From: Acaryochloris marina MBIC11017 | GTDB taxonomy: Bacteria > Cyanobacteriota > Cyanobacteriia > Thermosynechococcales > Thermosynechococcaceae | NCBI RefSeq assembly: GCF_000018105.1 | Contig: NC_009926.1 | Span: 180,001 to 212,000, forward strand | DNA length: 32,000 bases | Direction of reading: 5' to 3' | In this document: one piece after another, positions 24,801-32,000 of the stretch | Position numbering within the stretch: the stretch's first letter is position 1 | Layout: each line of letters starts with the position of its first letter | Program-made: the position numbers and the translations under genes | Notes under the pieces: model-generated | The model's input: only the letters and a program-made list of their open reading frames with translations | What the model was told of the DNA's origin: nothing | The model's database searches: none

Positions 24801-26839
24801 ATCCCGATCAAGCGGATGACTACCAGGCTCTATTCAAGACCCTGCGGACGCAGCAGTTCAGTACAAATGCCATTGCCCATCTCTGGTCAATAACAACTGC
24901 GGCAGAGATGCCCTCTGGACTCGACCCGCTTGACGCGACCTTGAGCCGAAGTTTCTACAGCCTGCTGTTTTTGGCCCAGGCTCTGGGCGACCAACCAGGA
25001 ACCGATCCGGTTCACCTCACGGTCGTCTCTAACCAGCTACAGTCCGTTATCGGGAATGAGCGGATGTGTCCAGAAAAAGCGACGCTGCTGGGGCCAGTGG
25101 GTGCGATCGCACAGGAGTATCCTCATCTCAACTGTTGCAGTATTGATCTGGAACTGGATGAACCCCTATCCGAGGCGACAGACCCAGATCTACTCGAATC
25201 ACTGCTGGCTGAAATTACGGCACCATCGGATGATGCCCTGATCGCCTATCGGGGTCGCCATCGCTGGGTGCAAACGATGCAGCCCATTCGTCTGGAGGAA
25301 ACGCTAGCCGACCCAGCCAATTTACGGTCGGGTGGTGTTTATTTGATTACCGGAGGACTGGGCGGTATCGGCCTAACCATGGCAGAGTATCTCGCCCAAG
25401 CTGTACAGGCCAAGCTAGTGCTAATTGGGCGTTCTGGATTACCAGATGACACAGCAGCAGCAGATGGACAGGATGCTCCAGTTCGTCGCAAAATTGCTGA
25501 CCTGGAGGCGCTGGGAGCAGAGGTGCTGGTTACCCAGGCTGATGTCACGGATCTGGCGCAGATGCAACGTGCGATCGCAGAGGCGGAAGCTATCTTTGGT
25601 TCGATCAACGGCGTGATTCATGCGGCGGGAATACCGGGCGGCGGCATCATGCAGCGCAAAACGCGAGCGGCGGCTGAGGCAGTTTTAGCACCCAAGGTGA
25701 AGGGAACTCGCGTTCTGGAGGCGGTACTGCCCGCAGACCTGGACTTTTTGGTGCTCTGCTCCTCACTGGCTTCGGTGATTCCTCTGCCCGGACAGGTGGA
25801 CTATGCCGCCGCCAATGCATTTCTGGATGCGGTTGCCCAAGCTCGAACGGCCAGAGATCAGTTCACGACCTGCATCAATTGGGATGCCTGGACAGAGGTG
25901 GGCATGGCCGTAAAGGCGGCGAACCCGTCTGTGCAGGATACGGATCAGAACCCTGATCCTATTGCAGTTGAGCATCCACTGTTTGAGGTCTGCTATCCCC
26001 ATGATGCCGATCAGGTGCGGTACGTTTCCCGACTGAGTTTGGATCAGCATTGGGTGCTGAATGACCATCGCTGGGGTGAGCAGGGGCTCCTACCTGGAAC
26101 GGCTTACTTAGAGATGGCACGGGCTGCCTGGGCCAATCATCATCAGACCAACCCGACCGATGGCATAGAACTTCGCAATGTCTATTTCCTGACGCCGTTG
26201 CTGGTGGACGCTGAACAAGAAGTCCATACGGTGCTGACGCAGAAAGACACCTACGTCGAGTTTCAAATTCAGAGTCCATCTGGCGTTCAGATATCTGGTG
26301 CCCAGCCGCTAGAATGGCAAACTCACACTGTCGGTGAAATCGCTATACCGCAGCCAGCACAGCCCCGGACATTCGATCTGCCTGCGCTGAAAGCCACCTG
26401 TAGCCAACCGCAAGCCGGGAGTGCGGCACCGTCTCTGGATCATCTGCTGGATGGTCCGATTCAGTTTGGCGATCGCTGGCGTAGCCTGAAGTGGATCAAC
26501 CGCTCCGACACCGAAGCGCTGGCTCTGCTAGAGTTACCCGATGCCTTCCATGCTGAACTATCCGTTCATCGCCTACATCCCGCGCTACTGGATGTCGCTA
26601 CGGGGTTTCTAATGATGCAGCTACGGCAGTCTGACACCGCGTATCTGCCCTTTTCTTATCGCCGATTGACGATGTGGGGAACGTTGTCAGCGCAGATCTG
26701 CAGCTATATCCAGTGGCTCAACCCATCTGACTCTGACAGCCTGAAATTCAACATCGTGCTTATGGATGACCAGGGCATTGAGCTGATTGACATCGAAGAC
26801 TACACGCTGAGGAGAAAGGCCAATGACGCAACTACCTAA
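21842..26839 (+). CDS. Type I PKS: KS - AT (malonyl-type) - KR - DH, no carrier domain
   Basis: KS: GTACSSSL, EAHGTGT, NVGHLD. AT: GQGAQ, GHSIGEY, HAFH (malonyl signature). KR: GGVYLITGGLGGIG...VIHAAG...SSLASV...VDYAAANAFLDA...INWDAWTEVGMA. DH: HPLFE, LNDHRWGEQGLLPGTAYLEM, GPIQFGDRW, LHPALLDVATG. The order was read directly from the translation. Confidence 0.85.
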   Translation: MNVHRNGLEIAIIGLSGQFPGSPTLDQFWQNLKAGVESISVFSDADSQLASAPSSATQTAVKAGGILTDIEYFDAPFFGINPREAETMDPQHRLFLECAWQALEQAGYAPGRGNDAVGVFAGVGMGTYLLYNLSPHPEVMASRGFLQTLVGVDKDYLSTRVSYKLNLRGPSISVGTACSSSLVAVHLACQSLLSGECDMAIAAGVAVKVPQMNLTLSPDEIASTDGQCHAFDARANGTVGGNGLGAVVLKRLEDAITDRDTIYAVIKGSAINNDGGMKAGYTAPSQAGQTQVIRAAQAMAEVEPDSITYMEAHGTGTPLGDPIEIAAMTEAFRASTNKVGYCAVGSVKTNVGHLDAAAGIAGLIKTTLALHHRLLPASLNFDTPNPDIDFANSPFYINTGLKEWVANGTPRRAGLSSFGFGGTNVHLVLEEAPAPAPSSLSRPQQLLLLSAKTRSALDTATANLVQHLHLPDINLADVAYTLQVGRSTFAHRRIVVCATGAEAIAALVDKADCQAPQSEYGLTDSDTSQRPVVFMFTGQGAQYVNMARELYDTEPLFRQTCDRCFTILEPHLGFDLRSVLYPDAASPEFDIDQATQQLRQTAIAQPALFVIEYALAQLWMSWGIRPTAMIGHSIGEYVAACLAGVFSLEEALPLVVRRGQLMQQLPGGAMLSVNLSVDEVASLLDEIDKTISIAASNSPSLTVVSGSNAAIAALEQWLTQQQIGCQPLHTSHAFHSSAMDEIATPFAQAIGQIQLHPPQMPLISNVTGTWMTAAEATDPQYWVHHLRQTVRFAEGIAELLQDSHHLFLEVGPGRTLNTLTRQQATDRAVLSSLHHPKDHASDVAFLLQTLGRLWLAGVTVNWPGFYAHEQRDRLPLPTYPFERQRYWIDPPKTLPSKASLSQAVPLRQNSSQANDLADWFHVPSWQRSSRLSTPIRSSSSANILIFLDQAGVGEVLVERLQQQGHRVATVDIGSEFAQLSDTKFCLNPDQADDYQALFKTLRTQQFSTNAIAHLWSITTAAEMPSGLDPLDATLSRSFYSLLFLAQALGDQPGTDPVHLTVVSNQLQSVIGNERMCPEKATLLGPVGAIAQEYPHLNCCSIDLELDEPLSEATDPDLLESLLAEITAPSDDALIAYRGRHRWVQTMQPIRLEETLADPANLRSGGVYLITGGLGGIGLTMAEYLAQAVQAKLVLIGRSGLPDDTAAADGQDAPVRRKIADLEALGAEVLVTQADVTDLAQMQRAIAEAEAIFGSINGVIHAAGIPGGGIMQRKTRAAAEAVLAPKVKGTRVLEAVLPADLDFLVLCSSLASVIPLPGQVDYAAANAFLDAVAQARTARDQFTTCINWDAWTEVGMAVKAANPSVQDTDQNPDPIAVEHPLFEVCYPHDADQVRYVSRLSLDQHWVLNDHRWGEQGLLPGTAYLEMARAAWANHHQTNPTDGIELRNVYFLTPLLVDAEQEVHTVLTQKDTYVEFQIQSPSGVQISGAQPLEWQTHTVGEIAIPQPAQPRTFDLPALKATCSQPQAGSAAPSLDHLLDGPIQFGDRWRSLKWINRSDTEALALLELPDAFHAELSVHRLHPALLDVATGFLMMQLRQSDTAYLPFSYRRLTMWGTLSAQICSYIQWLNPSDSDSLKFNIVLMDDQGIELIDIEDYTLRRKANDATT

Positions 26840-28628
26840 TGCGCTGGATGCCCCGATCAACCCGCCGTACTCGCACGATCTAGACGCGGTTGAGTCAATG
26901 CAGATCGACTCTGCATCAGTCACTGAAGCAACCGCTGAGGAAACGACGGCGGAAAACGCTTACCTCACCCTCTCAACTCCCGGACTACTAGAGACGCTGC
27001 ACTTTCAGCCCACCACTCGACCATACCCTCAACCGGGAGAAGTGGAAATTGAAGTGGCGGTGGCTGGCCTCAATTTCAAAGAGGTCTTGCTGGCACTGGG
27101 GTTAATTCCGGCTCCATCCCCAAACGTTCAATTTGGCCTGGAATGTGCGGGGAAAATTACGGCGTTAGGAACCGGAGTAGAGGGCTTTGCCGTAGGCGAC
27201 GAGGTGATGGCCTTTGGTCAGGGCTGCATGAGTCGCTGGATCACTCTGCCTGCTCAGTCCGTCGCGCCCAAGCCTGCTCAGCTCAGTCTGGAAGCATCTG
27301 CCACGATTCCGATCGCCTTTACGACCGCTTATTACGCCCTGATTACCGTAGGTCGCCTGCGGCTGGGCGATCGCCTGCTGATTCACTCGGCGGCAGGTGG
27401 TGTGGGGCAAGCCGCCGTTGCGATCGCACAGTGGGTGGGAGCCGAGATCTTTGCCACCGCTGGTAATCCTGAGAAACAAGATTTTCTGCGATCGCAGGGC
27501 ATTGCCCATGTGATGAATTCCCGTTCTCTGGACTTTGCCGAGCAGGTGATGCAAGACACCAATGGTGAGGGAGTAGACGTGGTGCTGAACTCTCTAGGCG
27601 GCGAGTTTATTGCCAAAAGTCTGAGCGTGCTGGGTCGCTATGGTCGGTTTCTGGAACTGGGTCAGCGCGATATTTTGAACGATACCCCAGTGGGACTGGG
27701 AGCGTTTGAGAAGCGGCTTTCCTTCTTCGCGATTCAAGTGGAACCAGATGCGCCAGGGTTTGACGAAACTTGGCAAGCTGTTGGCCAGCAGTTTCAAACC
27801 CAGCACTTTCAACCACTACCCCACCGGGTATTTCCGGCAGCAGCCGTAGCAGAGGCGTTTGGCTACATGGCGGCGGCAAGCCACATCGGTAAAGTCGTGA
27901 TTTCGCTAGCCGATTGCCAATCCTTAGCCTCCCGCCAATCTCTGGCCTCAATCCCACAGCTTGCCCTCAGTTTGCCAACCGATTCTTCCCGGAATCAGGC
28001 AAGTGCGCCGAGAAATCAGGGTATTGCTTCAACCCAGCCAAGTGCCCCCTCCCGCCGGGGCCTGCCCACTGATTTTTTTGATGCAGGCATCTCGCCAGCG
28101 GACGGGATGATTGCCTTTAGACGGATTTTGGGCAGCAAATTGCCCCAAGTGGTGGTTTCCACCCGCGATTTAGACCTGCGGCTGAGTTCCCGCAAAGTTG
28201 GCAGCGAGGAGCGGATTCAGATGCGCCCACAGATGCCGATGGCTGAATCTGAAGCGCCCACCATTAACCCATCGAGTCAACCCGGAAACGCTGCCAGTCA
28301 TGCCCGTCCCGCCCTTGTTCAGGACTATGCTGCTCCCCGCAATGCTACAGAACAGGCAATCGCTACTATCTGGGAACAGTTCCTCGGTGTCAGCCCAGTG
28401 GGTATCCATGACAGCTTTTTTGAGTTAGGCGGTCATTCCCTGATGGCAACGCAGGTCGTGGTCCAGATGGGCGTGGCCACCCAGGTAGATCTGTCACTCA
28501 ACATTTTATTTGACCACCCAACCGTGGCTGCCGTGGCCCAATATGTAGAGCAGGTGCAGCAGACTGCTACAGCCCTACAAGCTTCTATCAATAGTGACTC
28601 AGACGATCGCGCGGAGATTGAGTTATGA
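26823..28628 (+). CDS. Enoylreductase (MDR-type) - carrier protein didomain
   Basis: ER: PGEVEIEVAVAGLNFKEVLLALG...LIHSAAGGVGQAAVAIAQ...VDVVLNSLGGEF. Linker with a KR-tail-like GISPADGMIAFRRILGSKLPQVVVSTRDL. CP: IWEQFLGVSPVGIHDSFFELGGHSLMATQV. It overlaps the PKS gene by 17 nt. Confidence 0.85.
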   Translation: MTQLPNALDAPINPPYSHDLDAVESMQIDSASVTEATAEETTAENAYLTLSTPGLLETLHFQPTTRPYPQPGEVEIEVAVAGLNFKEVLLALGLIPAPSPNVQFGLECAGKITALGTGVEGFAVGDEVMAFGQGCMSRWITLPAQSVAPKPAQLSLEASATIPIAFTTAYYALITVGRLRLGDRLLIHSAAGGVGQAAVAIAQWVGAEIFATAGNPEKQDFLRSQGIAHVMNSRSLDFAEQVMQDTNGEGVDVVLNSLGGEFIAKSLSVLGRYGRFLELGQRDILNDTPVGLGAFEKRLSFFAIQVEPDAPGFDETWQAVGQQFQTQHFQPLPHRVFPAAAVAEAFGYMAAASHIGKVVISLADCQSLASRQSLASIPQLALSLPTDSSRNQASAPRNQGIASTQPSAPSRRGLPTDFFDAGISPADGMIAFRRILGSKLPQVVVSTRDLDLRLSSRKVGSEERIQMRPQMPMAESEAPTINPSSQPGNAASHARPALVQDYAAPRNATEQAIATIWEQFLGVSPVGIHDSFFELGGHSLMATQVVVQMGVATQVDLSLNILFDHPTVAAVAQYVEQVQQTATALQASINSDSDDRAEIEL

Positions 28629-31600
28629 CCCCATCCATCCATGAGTTTTTATTTCAGCTCAGCGAACAGGGTATTAAGCTGTGGGTCGAGGGTGATCGCC
28701 TCCGCTGTAACGCGCCCAAGCAGGTCTTAACTGAAGAATTGCGATCGCAATTAGCTGACTGCAAGGCCGACATTGTGCAGTTTTTGAGCCGAGCAGATGC
28801 CCGTTCCAGTGGTGCCTCAAATGGTACAGTCACCCCTGACCTACCTCAGATCAGGCCATGCCCCGACGATCGCTTTCAGCCCTTTCCCCTGACCGACATT
28901 CAGCAGGCGTACTGGATTGGACGCACCCAGGCCTTTGAACTGAGCCAGGTTTCAACCCACTTTTATAGCGAACTGGACTGTGATCCCGATCTCGATCTGA
29001 ACTTATTAACTCAGGGCTGGCAGCGACTGATTGAGCGCCATGATATGTTGCGGGCAATCGTGCGACCCGACGGACAGCAGCAGATTTTAGCACAGGTGCC
29101 GCCCTACGAGATTGCGGTGTTGGATTTGCGGGGCGAGTCGGCGGAGAAAACGGCAGTTCAGCTAACTGAGTTGCGCGATCGCATCTCTCATCAAGTACTG
29201 CCCAGCGATCAGTGGCCTCTGTTTGAGATGCAAGCGACCTATTACGATCCCGCTCATCTGCGGCTGCATATCAGCTTCGACCTCTTAACCAGCGATGCCC
29301 GCAGTATTGAGATCGTGTTTCGGGAATTGGGGCAGCTCATGCAGCAGCCAAACACAGAGTTCACGCCCATCGAGCTTTCGTTTCGCGATTATATCCTGGC
29401 CGAAATCGCTTTTCAAAACTCAGATGCTTACCGTCGCTCACGGGACTACTGGCAGCGTCGGCTGGCCACTCTGCCACCCTCACCCGAACTGCCGTTGGCT
29501 GTAAATCTAGCCGGGATTAGTGCCCCGCGCTTTGTGCGGCACCATCAGCTTTTGGAGCGCGATACCTGGCAGCGGCTCAAGACCCAAGCGGCTCAGATTG
29601 GCATCACGCCTTCTACACTAATTTTGACGGCATTTGCCGAAATTCTTACCGTTTGGAGCAAAAAGTCTCGCTTCACGCTTAATTTGACGCTGTTTAATCG
29701 GTTACCTCTGCATCCCCAGGTGAATGATCTGGTGGGCGACTTTACTTCGCTGACATTGCTGTCGATCGATCACACCCAGGCAAGTTCATTGATTATTAGG
29801 GCACGGCAGATTCAGGCTCAGCTCTGGACTGATTTGGAACACCATCATTACAGTGGCGTACAAGTCTTGCGAGATCTGGCTCGTTCCCAGGGCGAGGGAA
29901 CTGCTCCGCTGATGCCCGTGGTGTTTACCAGTATCCTCAACCCAGAGGCGATGGGTGAACGCCCCTTTCCGCTCGACTGGTTGGGACAGTTGACCTATGC
30001 CGTCAGTCAGACCCCACAAGTGTATTTGGATCACCAGGTCTCGGAGGTGTCGGGAGCGCTGAAGTTAACCTGGGATGTGGTGGAGGCCATTTTTCCGGCT
30101 GGCTTAATCAAGGAGATGTTTGCCGCCTACTGCGCCCTGCTAAATCGGCTGGCCCAGGAGGATGACCTCTGGCATACCCCCCAGCGACAGCTACTGCTGC
30201 CTCACCAACTGAAGCAGATCGAGGCGATCAATGCCACCGATACCAACTTTGTCACCAGCGATTCGGCTCCCCTGCTGCACACGCTCTTCTTTGACCAAGC
30301 GATCCGGCAACCGGAACAGATTGCGATCGCAACTCCTGACCGCACCCTCACCTATCAGGAATTGTGCGATCGCGTCCATCAGCTCAGTTATTTCCTGCAT
30401 CAACAGGGCATTCAGCCCCAGGATCGAGTGGCGATCGTCATGGCCAAAGGTTGGGAGCAGATTGTTGCTGCCCTTGGTATTCTCAGCTTGGGAGCCGTTT
30501 ACATTCCCATCGATGCGGCTCTCCCCCAAGCGCGTCAGTGGCAACTGTTTGCAGAAGCCGATGTCACCTATGCCCTCACCCAATCTGTGATAGACGCGAC
30601 GTTAGAGTGGCCCCCATCCCTGCCTCGTATCAGCGTCGATACCCTATCATTCTCATCCATCTCTATTCCATCATCTCCCACATCCCCCACCGATCTGGCC
30701 TACATCATCTACACCTCCGGCTCCACGGGCCAACCCAAAGGCGTGATGATTGACCATCGGGGAGCCGTGAATACGATCCTCGACATCAACCAGCGATTCG
30801 GTGTAACTTCAGCAGATCGGGTGCTGGCGCTCTCGTCCCTCAGTTTTGACCTGTCGGTTTATGACATCTTTGGCACGCTGGCCGCAGGCGGCACTCTGGT
30901 CATCCCAGCAGCGGACGGTAATCGTGACCCAGCTCACTGGCTCAACCTAATTGAGCGGCATCATGTAACGATTTGGAACTCGGTGCCAGCGCTGATGCAA
31001 ATGCTAGTGGAATTCGCGGCAAGTCAACCCGATCGAACGGCAGCAACATTGCGTCTGGTGCTGTTGAGCGGCGACTGGCTGCCGCTGAGCCTACCCGATC
31101 AGATTCGCTCAATTGCGCCCCGATCTCAGGTGATCAGCCTGGGAGGAGCAACCGAAGCCTCTATCTGGTCAATTCTTTACCCGATTAAAGAGGTTGATCC
31201 CACCTGGAGGAGCATTCCCTATGGCCGACCGATGGCGAACCAGCGGTTTTATGTGCTGAATGCGGCCTTGTCACCTTGCCCTGTTTGGGTGACAGGGCAG
31301 CTTTACATTGGCGGCATTGGGCTAGCTCAGGGGTACTGGCGCAATCACGAAAAGACCCAGGCCAGCTTTATGGTTCACCCCCACACTCAGGAGCGGCTAT
31401 ACAAATCAGGCGATCTAGGCCGCTATCAACCTGATGGCACGATTGAGTTTCTGGGTCGAGAAGACTTTCAGGTGAAAGTGAATGGACATCGGATCGAACT
31501 AGGCGAGATTGAGGCTACACTGCTTCAGCATCCGGCAGTGAGACATGCGATCGTAACGACCATTGGTGCCCCTCGTGATCAGCAGCAGCTAGTGGCCTAT

Positions 31601-32000
31601 ATCGTGCCCGATTCACCAGCGGCGCTGACTCCTGCCTCTTCTCCATCGTTTAATGCCCAAGTTGAAGCCCATGAGCCTCGCCCACTAGACGGTACGCTCA
31701 CCGATCCAGCCGAACGTCTAGATTTCAAGCTTCAGCAGCGGGGAGTGCGATCACCCGCTCCTAGCCAATCGGGCGTTCAACTGCCCAAGCCCGAATTTGA
31801 TGATGCGCTGGTGCAAGCTTACTGGCAACGCCAAAGCCATCGTCAGTTTCTCGAACAGCCGATTTCATTAGAGGCATTTAGCCAGTTTCTCAGCAGCGTA
31901 CTTCAGATGCAGGTGACGGGCTTGCCGCTACCGAAATACCGCTATGCCTCGGCGGGCAGCCTCTATCCGGTGCAGGTGTATCTCTATCTGCAACCCAATC
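28625..32000 (+). CDS. NRPS module: docking - Cy - A (Cys) with embedded FMN oxidase (Ox) domain; partial, continues past the right edge
   Basis: Not in the ORF track because it has no stop in the window. ATG 28625 overlaps the upstream TGA (ATGA). Dock FLFQLSEQGIKLWVEGDRLRCNAP. Cy: FPLTDIQQAYWIGR, DLLTSD. A: LAYIIYTSGSTGQPKG, with a specificity code read as DLYNLSLIW(K), the canonical Cys code. After the A8-type motif (NGHRIELGEIE) comes LTDPAERLDFKLQQRGVR...PKYRYASAGSLYPVQVYLY, an Ox domain as in epothilone/bleomycin-type thiazole modules. I translated all 1125 codons and found no stop. Confidence 0.9.
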   Translation, partial: MTPSIHEFLFQLSEQGIKLWVEGDRLRCNAPKQVLTEELRSQLADCKADIVQFLSRADARSSGASNGTVTPDLPQIRPCPDDRFQPFPLTDIQQAYWIGRTQAFELSQVSTHFYSELDCDPDLDLNLLTQGWQRLIERHDMLRAIVRPDGQQQILAQVPPYEIAVLDLRGESAEKTAVQLTELRDRISHQVLPSDQWPLFEMQATYYDPAHLRLHISFDLLTSDARSIEIVFRELGQLMQQPNTEFTPIELSFRDYILAEIAFQNSDAYRRSRDYWQRRLATLPPSPELPLAVNLAGISAPRFVRHHQLLERDTWQRLKTQAAQIGITPSTLILTAFAEILTVWSKKSRFTLNLTLFNRLPLHPQVNDLVGDFTSLTLLSIDHTQASSLIIRARQIQAQLWTDLEHHHYSGVQVLRDLARSQGEGTAPLMPVVFTSILNPEAMGERPFPLDWLGQLTYAVSQTPQVYLDHQVSEVSGALKLTWDVVEAIFPAGLIKEMFAAYCALLNRLAQEDDLWHTPQRQLLLPHQLKQIEAINATDTNFVTSDSAPLLHTLFFDQAIRQPEQIAIATPDRTLTYQELCDRVHQLSYFLHQQGIQPQDRVAIVMAKGWEQIVAALGILSLGAVYIPIDAALPQARQWQLFAEADVTYALTQSVIDATLEWPPSLPRISVDTLSFSSISIPSSPTSPTDLAYIIYTSGSTGQPKGVMIDHRGAVNTILDINQRFGVTSADRVLALSSLSFDLSVYDIFGTLAAGGTLVIPAADGNRDPAHWLNLIERHHVTIWNSVPALMQMLVEFAASQPDRTAATLRLVLLSGDWLPLSLPDQIRSIAPRSQVISLGGATEASIWSILYPIKEVDPTWRSIPYGRPMANQRFYVLNAALSPCPVWVTGQLYIGGIGLAQGYWRNHEKTQASFMVHPHTQERLYKSGDLGRYQPDGTIEFLGREDFQVKVNGHRIELGEIEATLLQHPAVRHAIVTTIGAPRDQQQLVAYIVPDSPAALTPASSPSFNAQVEAHEPRPLDGTLTDPAERLDFKLQQRGVRSPAPSQSGVQLPKPEFDDALVQAYWQRQSHRQFLEQPISLEAFSQFLSSVLQMQVTGLPLPKYRYASAGSLYPVQVYLYLQPN

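Noticed and set aside
26823-26839. The 17-nt overlap between the PKS and ER-CP genes, considered as a frameshift error splitting one gene
   Set aside because: The downstream frame starts with a clean ATG, and about 55 aa of non-conserved linker precede the ER. This is compatible with a natural split. I retained it as something to verify rather than calling a pseudogene.
16572-31188. Dozens of 60-215-aa track ORFs in alternative or antisense frames inside the NRPS/PKS genes
   Set aside because: These are typical shadow ORFs of GC-rich coding sequence. Every one is fully contained in a long frame with dense NRPS/PKS core motifs.
1-32000. Stop-codon reassignment or readthrough as the explanation for the many in-frame TAG/TGA/TAA codons
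   Set aside because: The intact biosynthetic genes terminate at TGA (18203..18205, 28626..28628), TAG (21822..21824) and TAA (26837..26839). The affected genes also carry frameshifts or truncations. Pseudogenisation is the simpler reading.
1-32000. rRNA, tRNA, tmRNA and CRISPR-Cas loci
   Set aside because: I saw no cloverleaf-type or rRNA-like conserved segments and no repeat-spacer arrays while reading both strands. A tRNAscan, Infernal or CRISPR-finder run would be the definitive check.

Overview
The sequence looks cyanobacterial: the HIP1 octamer GCGATCGC is dense in the right half. The two halves differ sharply. (i) 1-15.1 kb is an AT-richer accessory region full of nested, mostly dead insertion sequences: a truncated tnpB, an IS110 fragment, two IS200-type tnpA copies, ISAzo13, IS5/IS1182, IS21 istB, an IS1634-like fragment, and one intact IS4/IS701-like element with a 4-bp target duplication. 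Between them lie a yybP-ykoY (Mn2+) riboswitch with a UPF0016 transporter gene, inactivated tailoring and export genes (an O-methyltransferase with an in-frame TAG, an ABC ATPase remnant) and an intact type II thioesterase. (ii) 15.3-32 kb is GC-richer and holds an uninterrupted hybrid NRPS-PKS assembly line. It comprises an AraC (PchR/YbtA-like) regulator, a KASIII-like/carrier-protein loader, dock-Cy-A-PCP, KS-AT-KR-DH, ER-CP and dock-Cy-A(Ox)-..., which runs off the right edge. The gene content plus two identical Fur-box-like dyads suggest an iron-regulated thiazoline/thiazole siderophore-like product. The most unusual item is an intact 577-aa TnpB/Cas12-like ORF (8729..10462). It keeps RuvC-I but lacks the RuvC-II Glu, the zinc ribbon and RuvC-III, so it is a candidate nuclease-dead RNA-guided DNA binder. 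Two real genes are missing from the ORF track because they cross the window edges (1..505 minus strand, 28625..32000 plus strand). No rRNA, tRNA or CRISPR array was recognised. All calls come from manual translation and motif reading; no searches were run.
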